Part shown: piece after piece, positions 8,528 to 16,820 of the stretch
Numbering within the stretch: position 1 is the stretch's first letter
How the letters are laid out: each line of letters starts with the position of its first letter
Origin: Actinomycetota bacterium
GTDB lineage: Bacteria; Actinomycetota; Acidimicrobiia; Acidimicrobiales; CADCSY01
Direction: 5' to 3'
Length of the DNA: 63,986 nt
NCBI GenBank assembly: GCA_016781135.1
Contig: JADDQY010000090.1
Coordinates: 1 to 63,986 of the forward strand
The notes under the pieces: model-generated
Seen by the model: the letters and a program-made list of their open reading frames with translations, nothing else
Databases searched by the model: none
Told to the model about the DNA's origin: nothing
Program-made: the position numbers and the translations under genes

Positions 8528-8806
8528 GTGACCCCCGCCAAACGCGGCCCGGCCACCCCCGCGAGCCAGGGGCCGACGAGGGCGGCGGCGAAGGACAGCA
8601 CCCAAGAAGCTCCGACGGAGGATGCCAGTGGGGGCAGCCTCGGTGAGCGCATCGAGGAGAAGCTGGCCGAGCTGCTGGACCGCACCGAGGTGGTGGACTC
8701 GGCCCCTCCGACGGAGACCGGGCGAGTGGACCCTGAGGACCGGGCGACGACCCAGTCGCCAGGGCGATCTCGTCCGCTCCACCCGGAACGCGTGTGGCCG
8801 GACTGA
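8528..8806 (+). CDS. mcdB: McdB-like carboxysome positioning adaptor (92 aa)
   Basis: GTG start 1 nt after the acRAF stop, in the frame of track ORF 8441..8806. Basic N-terminus, disordered P/T/E-rich body, C-terminal LHPERVWPD ([IV]WPD signature). Its stop overlaps the next ATG. Confidence 0.75.
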   Translation: MTPAKRGPATPASQGPTRAAAKDSTQEAPTEDASGGSLGERIEEKLAELLDRTEVVDSAPPTETGRVDPEDRATTQSPGRSRPLHPERVWPD

Positions 8807-9804
8807 TGCTGCCTGGCCGCCGTCTACCCCTCGTCGGTCGTCCCGTGGTCGACGTGGCGGTCGGCGTGCTCCGCGCGCCCGACGGGCGCGTGTTGCTGGC
8901 AGAACGCAAGGCCGGCAGTGACGCGGCCGGCTTCTGGGAGCTCCCTGGGGGCCAGATCGAACCGGGTGAGAGCGCGGCCCAGGCCGCCGCGCGCGAGCTG
9001 CTCGAGGAGGTCGGCGTCCGCGCCCTCGAACTCGCGCCCTGGCGGGTCTACGAGCACGACTTCCCGGCCAAGCGGCTGCGGTTGCACTGGTTCCACGTGC
9101 GCCGGTGGTCGGGCGAGCCGAACGGCAGGGAAGGCCAGCGGCTGGCATGGGTGGACCCCGCCCGTCCGACGGTCGGGCCACTGCTGGCGAGCAACGAGCT
9201 CGCCTTCGCGACGTTGGCGCTCCCCGAGCTGGTGGCAGTCGCCCGGGTGAGCCGTGCGCCGGGCGCTCCTGACGAGCTGATGGCGAGGATGCCGTCGTTG
9301 GTGGCCGACGGCCTGCGGCTCCTGATCGTGCGAGCACTGGAGCTCGCGCCTGGTCAGCGCGTCCAGCTCACCCGCCGGCTGCGCCAGCTCAGGCGGGGGA
9401 CGGGGCTGCGCCTCCTCCTGTCCGGGACGGCGCTCGAGGCACGCCAGGCCGGTGCCTGCGGGTTGCACAGCAGCGCCGCCGCGCTGGCCGGCCTTACAGA
9501 GCGGCCGCCGACGCGCCTGTGGGCGGTGTCAGCTCACAACGCGCGGGACCTCGAGCGCGCCAGTGCACTGGGTGCCGACGTCGCCATCGTGTCGCCGGTT
9601 CTCCCCACGGCTTCGCACCCCACAGACCAGGCGCTGGGTTGGGACGGCCTGCAGGAGCTGGTCGCGGCCAGCCCGTTGCCCGTCTACGCCCAAGGGGGCC
9701 TGGGGCCTGGTGACATCGGCGCAGCGCGCTCTGCAGGGGCGCTGGGTGTGGCGGTCGACATCCGCCGCCTCTCGGGGTCAGGCGGCAATGGCACCACGCC
9801 GTGA
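8806..9804 (+). CDS. Nudix (MutT-like) hydrolase / thiamine-phosphate-synthase-like fusion
   Basis: Nudix box GGQIEPGESAAQAAARELLEEVG. C-terminal ThiE-like SAHN..L..A..LGAD..SPV.PT.SHP..PVYAQGG. TGATG overlap with the upstream gene. Confidence 0.88.
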   Translation: MLPGRRLPLVGRPVVDVAVGVLRAPDGRVLLAERKAGSDAAGFWELPGGQIEPGESAAQAAARELLEEVGVRALELAPWRVYEHDFPAKRLRLHWFHVRRWSGEPNGREGQRLAWVDPARPTVGPLLASNELAFATLALPELVAVARVSRAPGAPDELMARMPSLVADGLRLLIVRALELAPGQRVQLTRRLRQLRRGTGLRLLLSGTALEARQAGACGLHSSAAALAGLTERPPTRLWAVSAHNARDLERASALGADVAIVSPVLPTASHPTDQALGWDGLQELVAASPLPVYAQGGLGPGDIGAARSAGALGVAVDIRRLSGSGGNGTTP

Positions 9805-9865
9805 TCGAGCGGCAATCACAGGTGTCTCCTGGTTGACGGAACGGACTGACTGAGGATCGAGTCGT

Positions 9866-9985
9866 AAAAGCAGCCTGCTCGACCCGGTGATCATCTTCTT
9901 CGTGCTCGGGGTAGCGATCGGCTCTCTCCGCTCCAATCTGGAGTTACCGCAGGCCCTGGCGAAGTTCTTCTCGCTCTACTCCTGA
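9866..9985 (+). pseudogene. sbtA: N-terminal remnant of an SbtA-family Na+-dependent bicarbonate transporter
   Basis: Reads SLLDPVIIFFVLGVAIGSLRSNLELPQALAKFFSLY then stops, resembling the SbtA N-terminus. There is no in-frame start and the rest of the gene is absent. Confidence 0.7.
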
Positions 9986-10054
9986 CCAGCTGGCCGCACT
10001 CCAAGGCGGGCGACGGTAGATGGAGCGCTCAGGTCACGAACCCGAACCATCGCT

Positions 10055-10389
10055 TCAGCGAGTCGGATCGCGGTCGGTACTGTGCTCGATAGCTTCGAGG
10101 AGTTCCCCGACTTGATGATGCGCCTCGCGTGGGTGACGCAAGGGTCTTGACCGGTCGAGGACGTACTGGTTGCGCCGGCCCACCTTTTCGCGCTCGATGT
10201 AGCCGGCCTCCTCCAGGTCCGAGAGGATGCCCACGATGGCCGGCTCGGTGATCCCACGATCGCGGCGATGTCGCGGAGCCGCAGCGTCGGATTCGAAGCG
10301 ATTGCCAGGAGGACGTGGGCGTGGTTGGTGAGGAAGGTCCAGTCGACGTCTGTGAGGTTGGCTGACTTGGCTCACGATTCGAGTCCCAT
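10055..10389 (-). pseudogene. Winged-helix regulator (WTFLTNHAHVL family), frameshifted
   Basis: One frame gives WTFLTNHAHVLLAIASNPTLRLRDIAAIVG. The next gives ITEPAIVGILSDLEEAGYIEREKVGRRNQY..PLRHP. The shift falls in a G-run near 10253, and the start region is also disrupted. Confidence 0.75.
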
Positions 10390-11150
10390 CTCACTGTGGG
10401 AAATCCATTACCAGCATCGTAGGGCAGGCTTGCGGTGATGAGGTGAAGGGGTGGAGGTCCATCCGCCTTCATGGCGTCGGACGCGTTCGTCGGCTCGCCC
10501 ATGGTCGGTCGACCGAGGTCACGGTCGCTTTATTATGCAGACATTTGCCGGCAAGAACTTTCCACGAGTTGTCGTTCGACTGTTCAGGCACCCGCCTCGC
10601 CGTCGCTCCAACGCTCAGCCCTCGGAAAGACCCTGACATCTCTCGCTTTGCCACCGCAGGCAGCGCCCTACCGGAATGAGCGGGCCGTGCTCGCGACTAG
10701 GCACGGCAAGCTCGAGTGCATCGGGCCGCCCCTGGAAGCGGACATCGAGGCGGCCGTGATTGCGTGGCGCTGCGGCCTCATCCGACGGGCTCGCCCGTGT
10801 TGACACCGACTTTCGCGCCCATTGCTGCCCGCGGCGACGAGCCGTCATCGGTGAGGCCGCGTTGGACCTCGCGGCGCGCTCGATGCATCCTGCCCGGCCT
10901 GCGAATCGCCGGGCTGGGGACGTTTCGATGTCGTCCTCGGCGTGCCGTGCTCCTGGTGCGGTGCAGCGGTCGAGCAGGTCCGAGCTGAGAAACGACAGTT
11001 GTCCCGTGTGCCATCACCGGGCGGAACGCGCAGTCGTGCCGGAAGGGACCCTCGCCGACCCCGGGACCTGCCTCCGGTGCTACCCGTGACCGCCATCCGG
11101 GTGCTGCCGCCCTCCGACGAGGTCGCCGTCGACGCGTGCCGGGAGGGCGC

Positions 11151-11470
11151 TCAGCGGAAGTAGTGGCGGCGGCTCACGTGGGTCTGGTGACAAAGAAGAC
11201 CCCGTGCCGGTCCTCGAGCAGGCGCCGGAGGCCCGTGACTAGCGACGGGACCTTGTCTTGGGGCACGACGGTGATGAGCATGGACAGGCTGGCACGGTCG
11301 TCGAACAGCGGCCGGCCCTGGTGGTGGCCGTGGTGACCGAACCCGGAGACGCCCGAGACGCCCGTGTAGCCGGTGCGCCGGCTCCGATGAAGAGATCTCG
11401 CACGGCTGGGACCTGGTCGCCGCCGACGACCTCGATCTTGGCCATGGGAGCCAGGCCTTCCCCAGCTCAT
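11151..11470 (-). pseudogene. P-II-like (SbtB-like) signalling protein, several frameshifts
   Basis: Stitched across frames: MAKIEVVGGDQVPAVRDLFIGAGA/TGYTGVSGVSGFGHHGHHQGRPLFDD..MLITVVP..LRRLLEDRHGVFFV/..THVSRRHYFR. The ATG overlaps the dabA stop. Confidence 0.72.
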
Positions 11471-14058
11471 CGAACCTCCAGCGATGCGTTGGTGTGATCC
11501 ACGCTGTCGTCGGCCGGGTACCACGTCATCCACGTGCCGCCCGGGCTGCGGATGGACCAGTGCTCGTCCCCGTGCGAACGGCCGGCCATGGTGATCCACT
11601 TCCCACCGATCAGTTCTCGGAGCACCTGGTGGCGCTGGATGATCGCCTCGGTGCGCTCGAGGGGCGCCTGGACGACCGCGAGCAGGCGCAGCGGTTCATG
11701 GATGCGCCGCTCTCCAACGCCCACTGCCTGCGCCGGGAGGCCGACCTGGAGGTCGCCGCCCTCGCCGAGGACGACGCCGATGCCGCCCACCGGGTTGTGC
11801 AGCGTCTTGTCTCCCGCGCCGAACTGGTCGGGGTCGACCGACGAGAAGTAGTACTGAGCGGAGATCCACTGGCCGACGATGAGCGGCGCGGTGAGGATCG
11901 TCTCCAGGGCGTCGCCGTCGCCATCGCCCTCGGCGTCGTAGGAGTGCAGGAACACGCGACATGCCAAGTCGAGTTCGGCGGTGATCGAGCGGGGTCCGAT
12001 GACGAACGCAGCATTGCCGGCGAGCCCCCACTCCGGACGCACCTGCGCCCAGTCGTGCCCACGGATCCGGACCTTCTTCGGATCTCCCGGGAGGCGCCCG
12101 GCGCGCTCGCGTGCGAGCCGTTCACCGGCCAGCGCGACGTCCCGCTCGAAGGCCGCGACCAGCCGTTCGTGGCTGTCCGGCACGGCCTCGCGGTCGAGAA
12201 CGGTCACTTCGTCGGAGACGGTGTCGTGCTGGGCGGCAACGAAGCGGGTGTCGTCGGGCACCATGATGCCTCGCTCTTCGAGGCCGGCACGGACCCCAGG
12301 GTCGTTGAGGATGGCAACTGCCACTCGGGCGCTTGGCCCACCGGGGGCGCCGCCGCACGCGCCGCAGTCATAGGACGATCCGTGCGGGTTGTTGACGTTG
12401 TGGCTGCCGTGCCCGCAGAGCACGATGAGCCGGGCGAAGCGGGTCAGGCCCATGGTCCGGACGATGCTCTCGGCGGACGAGGTCCGCTCCTCGAGCGCCA
12501 AGCCGGAGCTGTCGTCGTGTTCCGCCTCGACAGCCGGTCGTGTTTGCAGGGAGGCGACTCGGCGCGTCGTCAGTCCCGTCAGGCGACGCGCCAAGCCTGG
12601 TGCCAGCGTCCTGGCCGCGGCCACAGGACCCATGATGTAACCCGCCGCCTCGGCGAGCGCGAACGGACCGGCCAGGCTCCCTTTGGGGGCGTGGAAGGCC
12701 TCGTGTCCTGCGCCGGCGGCTCGCTGCGCTATGAGGTAGCCGAGGGCGTCGTCAGGGACGAGCGGCTGCTCGGCGACCTCGTGGTCAGCCGTCAGCAGCG
12801 GCGGGCAGCGCGGATGGCTCTCCGTCGACCCCAGCGGCCGCCAGCGCACGGGAACGCCGAAGAACCCTGCGAACCCGAGGGTGTCGTAGGGGCCGCACGC
12901 CTCCAGGTGCCGTCGCAGGCCCTCCGAGCGTGCGTCGATGCAGAAGGCCGCTTGCACGTCCGGCCGCTCGGCCGCCGGCCCGGGGTCCGGGCGGCTCAGC
13001 AGTCCCAGCAGACGATCGCGGAAGTTGCCCTCCTGCGCCTCGAGCCACATCGACTTCCGCACCGGCGGCGGCACCTGCTGCAGGACGCCACGCACGGCGG
13101 AGGTGACGAAGGGATCGTCGGAGGTGCTGCCCAGAGCGGCGAGCACCGCCGCCGCCCGGTGCTCGAGGAGGTTCTCGACCACCTGATCCTGGTCCTGCGG
13201 GGGCTGCTGGTCAGCGGCACCATGGGCCGCCGCTGCCGTTGCGGCCACCTGCGCGGCGAGCAGGTCCACGAGGCGCAACGGGGGACGATGGTGGTCGGGC
13301 GGAGCCCACTCGTCGTGCCAGCGCGCGTACCCGGCCCAGCCCGGAAGCCGGCCGAGGTGTTCGCGAAGGGCGTCGACGCGATCGCCGCCGACACCCAGCG
13401 CATCGAGGGAAGCGGCGAGTGCCTCGACCGGATGATCAGGTAGTTGCGCCAGCCACTGCATGCCGGTCGGGCCAGCGAGGCGCCGGAGCCGCCGGTCGTG
13501 TTGCGTGAGCTCTCGCCACGCACGGAAGAACCCGTGCTCGCGGCGGGGCATGGGCCACGGAACCCCGGCCTCGTCGACGAAGACTGCACACCACGCGGCC
13601 ACGAGCTGGCTCACCGCCCGGACGGTCTGGACATCCGTACGGCCGACCCGATCGTGGGCGGTGTCCCGGGGCTTGTCGTCCGGTCCCACGAGGAGGTCCA
13701 ATCGGACGATCTCCACCGCATCGACCGTTGGCTCCCCGATCTCGACGCTGGGCTGCGACGCGAGCTTCGAGTCGACTTCGATGATGGCACGCCGGAGATC
13801 AGCATCGGTGATGGCCCCGAGCGCGTGGGCCTCGCGGAACGCGGCGAGCGTCAGGTGGGTGCGTGCCCGCAACCACCGTCGGGCGACGGCGGCGGCGTCG
13901 TCGAAGGGCAGGTGCTGCAGGCCGAGGAGGGGATTGACCGCCACGAAGCTGGTCAGCGGCCAGAGCGGAGCGATGATCTCCGCCGCTTTGGAGACATCGG
14001 CGAGGAGTTCGGTGTGGCGGGCAGATCGTCCGCGGTGGTCGTCGTTTCGGTTGCTCAT
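11467..14058 (-). CDS. dabA: Inorganic-carbon transporter subunit DabA (DUF2309)
   Basis: IAPLWPL.SFVAVNP, Zn-site motifs FCIDARSE, LCGHGS and DCGACGG, DWAQVRPEWGLAGNA, FLHSYD, HEPLRL. Start ATG 14058 overlaps the dabB stop. Confidence 0.95.
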   Translation of the reverse strand: MSNRNDDHRGRSARHTELLADVSKAAEIIAPLWPLTSFVAVNPLLGLQHLPFDDAAAVARRWLRARTHLTLAAFREAHALGAITDADLRRAIIEVDSKLASQPSVEIGEPTVDAVEIVRLDLLVGPDDKPRDTAHDRVGRTDVQTVRAVSQLVAAWCAVFVDEAGVPWPMPRREHGFFRAWRELTQHDRRLRRLAGPTGMQWLAQLPDHPVEALAASLDALGVGGDRVDALREHLGRLPGWAGYARWHDEWAPPDHHRPPLRLVDLLAAQVAATAAAAHGAADQQPPQDQDQVVENLLEHRAAAVLAALGSTSDDPFVTSAVRGVLQQVPPPVRKSMWLEAQEGNFRDRLLGLLSRPDPGPAAERPDVQAAFCIDARSEGLRRHLEACGPYDTLGFAGFFGVPVRWRPLGSTESHPRCPPLLTADHEVAEQPLVPDDALGYLIAQRAAGAGHEAFHAPKGSLAGPFALAEAAGYIMGPVAAARTLAPGLARRLTGLTTRRVASLQTRPAVEAEHDDSSGLALEERTSSAESIVRTMGLTRFARLIVLCGHGSHNVNNPHGSSYDCGACGGAPGGPSARVAVAILNDPGVRAGLEERGIMVPDDTRFVAAQHDTVSDEVTVLDREAVPDSHERLVAAFERDVALAGERLARERAGRLPGDPKKVRIRGHDWAQVRPEWGLAGNAAFVIGPRSITAELDLACRVFLHSYDAEGDGDGDALETILTAPLIVGQWISAQYYFSSVDPDQFGAGDKTLHNPVGGIGVVLGEGGDLQVGLPAQAVGVGERRIHEPLRLLAVVQAPLERTEAIIQRHQVLRELIGGKWITMAGRSHGDEHWSIRSPGGTWMTWYPADDSVDHTNASLEVR

Positions 14059-15692
14059 GTCGATCGTGTGGCAAGCTCCACGTCCGGCCGAAGCTGGCGG
14101 GATTCTGGCACGGGCGCTACCCCGGTCGAACTGCCTCGGGTCGTCAACCGGGAGGCGACGGGCGCCGAGGTGAGCACGAGGGCGTACACCCGGCTGCGCA
14201 ACCTGCGCATCCGCTCCCCTGGAGTGAGCCAGACGACGGCGACCACAAGCGCGATCGCCGCGAGCGTCGCAACGAGGAGAGCGGAGCTGACCGGCTCGGC
14301 GACCGCGGCGGGAAGCGCGGGAGCGACGAAGGTCTCCACGGCGGTTAGCCCACCGACGTAGGCGAACACTCCGGCGGCGGCACCGAATGCCGCGGTTGCG
14401 ACCGCCGGGACGGGCCGGAACGGCGCCGAGCGCAGCCACCCATCGACGGCCCGGGCTGCCGTTGCCCACGCGAACACCGTCACGAGCACGCGCGCCGCCG
14501 TCGACAGGTGCGGGTGGATGACCAGGAATGCGGCCGAAAGTGCCGCGGCCGGCACGAGCAGCGCGACGCCCAGCCGAACGCTCCGGGCGACGACATGTGG
14601 GGCAGGGCGTTGCTCGTGGTGGAGATGGTCCGTTACCGCGCTGCCGGCCCCGAGGAACAGCGCTGCCTTGTACATCCCGTGCCCGACGACGTGGAGCAAC
14701 GCCGCGGCCAACGCTCCTATGGCCACCTGCACCGTCATGAACCCCATCTGCCCTGCCGTGGACCACGCCAGGTTCCCCTTCACGTCGCTGCGCACCAGCA
14801 TCACGGTCGTCGCGTACCAGGCAGTGACGGCACCCGCTGCGAAGGCCAGGTGCGTCGCTGCGGCCGACGACCCGAACACCGGAGCGAGTCGCACCAACAG
14901 GACGCCGGCGCCGTTGACCACGCCTGCGTGGAGCAGCGCCGACACCGGCGTGGGCGCTGCGATCGTGGCCGGCAGCCACTGGTGCACGGGTACGAGCGCG
15001 GACCGGGAGATGCCGGCAACGGTCAGGAGCACGGCGACCACCGACAACACGTTCCCACCGAGCACCGGGATAGACGCGTTGGCGAGTTCATTGGCGGCCC
15101 CGGCCGGCGAGCGGAGGTCGATCTCGCCGACGGAGACGACGGCGAGCAGTGTGGCCACCAGTAGCGCGCCGTCTCCCACCCAGAGGCTGCGCAGGGTCCG
15201 CCGGGCCGAGCGCCGCGCCGGTCGCCAGGTGCTCCGGTGGGTCACCAGCGCAGCCAACGCGAGGCCGGCCACGATCCAGGAGGCGCACAGCAGGCCGAGG
15301 GTGGCGGCGAAGGCCACCGACGTCGTCGCCGCTGTCAGCAGCGAGGCCAGTACGAAGAAGCGGCGCTCCCGAAGATCCCCCTGCAGGTTACGGCCGGCGA
15401 AGGACTGCACGACCAAGCCGACGCCGGTGGTGAGCAAGCCCAACAAAGTGGTGACGCGAGTTGCATGCAGGCCAACGAGCGCATCGCCATCGCCCCCCTC
15501 GACCACGGCTGCGACCGGTCCGCCCACAGCCACGACGACCGCCATGACGATCGCCGCGGCGAACGCGGCAGAGGCCGCTCGTACCGCCCATCGGGAGGAC
15601 CGCTCTCCGACGGGGCGCGCGACAGCGATCGCCGCGGCGGCGATCGCGGGCAGCGCGGGGACAACGATCAACAACGTCTCGGGCGGCGTCAT
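14055..15692 (-). CDS. dabB: Inorganic-carbon transporter subunit DabB (NuoL/ND5-like membrane protein)
   Basis: Multiple TM segments; SALVPVHQWLP...APTPVSALLHAGVVNGAG, DVKGNLAWST.GQMGFM, HGMYKAALFL. Coupled to dabA. Confidence 0.93.
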   Translation of the reverse strand: MTPPETLLIVVPALPAIAAAAIAVARPVGERSSRWAVRAASAAFAAAIVMAVVVAVGGPVAAVVEGGDGDALVGLHATRVTTLLGLLTTGVGLVVQSFAGRNLQGDLRERRFFVLASLLTAATTSVAFAATLGLLCASWIVAGLALAALVTHRSTWRPARRSARRTLRSLWVGDGALLVATLLAVVSVGEIDLRSPAGAANELANASIPVLGGNVLSVVAVLLTVAGISRSALVPVHQWLPATIAAPTPVSALLHAGVVNGAGVLLVRLAPVFGSSAAATHLAFAAGAVTAWYATTVMLVRSDVKGNLAWSTAGQMGFMTVQVAIGALAAALLHVVGHGMYKAALFLGAGSAVTDHLHHEQRPAPHVVARSVRLGVALLVPAAALSAAFLVIHPHLSTAARVLVTVFAWATAARAVDGWLRSAPFRPVPAVATAAFGAAAGVFAYVGGLTAVETFVAPALPAAVAEPVSSALLVATLAAIALVVAVVWLTPGERMRRLRSRVYALVLTSAPVASRLTTRGSSTGVAPVPESRQLRPDVELATRST

Positions 15693-15889
15693 CTCGAGCG
15701 AGGCACCCTAGGCAGCAAAACGTTGGACTGCCATTCAATCGTCAGGTGCTGTCTCGCCAGCCGCGCCTCCCGACGTGAAGAGAACCTTCCGAAAAGGCAG
15801 TCCTCGTCGGAAGGATCTCCAAGGAGGGCGGATCGGGTCGCAAGCGATAATAGTGAAGAAATACTAGCGTTCTCGCGAGCCCCACCTGC

Positions 15890-16158
15890 CGCCCACCAAG
15901 AGTAGTCAACAGCGTGGGAGGCAAGGACCTGGATGATGTGGGCGACGTCGAGCGACGGCCCGTCAACCTTGCTCGTCACCGAAGTCCGCCCACCGACCAA
16001 CGGCCCGCTCGGCTCGACGTCAGCCCAAAAGTCCAGCACCGGTTCGAGTCGAGTCGGCGTCCGTCGACCGTGATCGACACGTCGTCGGGGCTCCGCCGCC
16101 CACCCCGCCGCATCTTCGCCTCGAGGTCAGCGACGCTCGACTCGGTCCTGTCAACCAC
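15890..16158 (-). pseudogene. Degraded small gene pair (DDVSITVDGRRLDS peptide followed by a nucleotidyltransferase-like N-terminus)
   Basis: Frameshifted fragments SPDDVSITVDGRRLDS../LDFWADVE and LDVAHIIQVLASHAVDY. The family assignment is from memory only. Confidence 0.3.
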
Positions 16159-16320
16159 GAGCCAAGGCTACGGTGCGACCAGATTCGGCCGACCAAGCGG
16201 GGTTCGGCCTTCGCCGCGTTCACGCTGCGCGAGTTCGCGGATACCAGGCGGTACCGGGTCGCATGCTGCCGCGCCGTCGGCGCTCCGTACCTCTCACTGC
16301 CGCGCTGTGCCGGCTCGACG

Positions 16321-16350
16321 TGTGGGACCGTTGTGGGACGAGTGTGGGAC
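16321..16350. repeat. Three TGTGGGAC direct repeats at 11-bp spacing (integrase arm-site-like)
   Basis: TGTGGGAC at 16321, 16332 and 16343, 60-90 bp beyond the tRNA 3' end. Confidence 0.7.
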
Positions 16351-16409
16351 CGAAGCAGAATGGGAGGCGGCTCGGCCTCCCCTTCTTAGCCCTGACCAGC
16401 AGTTTTCTC

Positions 16410-16484
16410 TGGAGCGGACGACGGGATTCGAACCCGCGACCCTCACCTTGGCAAGGTGATGCTCTACCACTGAGCCACGTCCGC
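16410..16484 (-). tRNA. tRNA-Gly (GCC)
   Basis: GCGGACGTGGCTCAGTGGTAGAGCATCACCTTGCCAAGGTGAGGGTCGCGGGTTCGAATCCCGTCGTCCGCTCCA: cloverleaf, GCC anticodon, encoded CCA. Confidence 0.98.
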
Positions 16485-16537
16485 GTCGAACTCCGATCCT
16501 AGCAACCGGTCGCCGGCTCGTCAGTCGTCCCCCGGGA

Positions 16538-16780
16538 TCAGGCTGGTGGGGCGCCCTCACCCCGCGGTCGCAGGTCGATGCGTAGCACGAGCACGCCGTC
16601 CTCGACGCTGGCCTGGGCCTCGCCGACCATGGCGTAGTCCTGGAAGTCGAGCTGGGCCTGTTCGATGAACTGCTGGCGCTCGGGGCCGCCGACGGGCGGC
16701 AGGGTTCGCCGCCTCACCGCCTGGGCCCGCTCCCGGAACCGCTGGATCATGCCCTCGACGTCGAGCTCCTCGGCCACCAC
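16538..16780 (-). CDS. Small hypothetical protein
   Basis: 80-aa ORF with coding-like codon use: LDV..MI.RFRERA.AV..R.LPPV.G.ER..FI.QA..DF.DYAM..DGVLVLRIDLRP. Confidence 0.7.
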   Translation of the reverse strand: MVAEELDVEGMIQRFRERAQAVRRRTLPPVGGPERQQFIEQAQLDFQDYAMVGEAQASVEDGVLVLRIDLRPRGEGAPPA

Positions 16781-16820
16781 CGCACCCTACCGAGTCTCCG
16801 TCTCCGAGTACCCCACCGCC

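Noticed and set aside
14059-14979. 1170-aa DabA with a long N-terminal extension
   Set aside because: The extension overlaps dabB in another frame and is Arg-rich shadow sequence. ATG 14058 overlaps the dabB stop.
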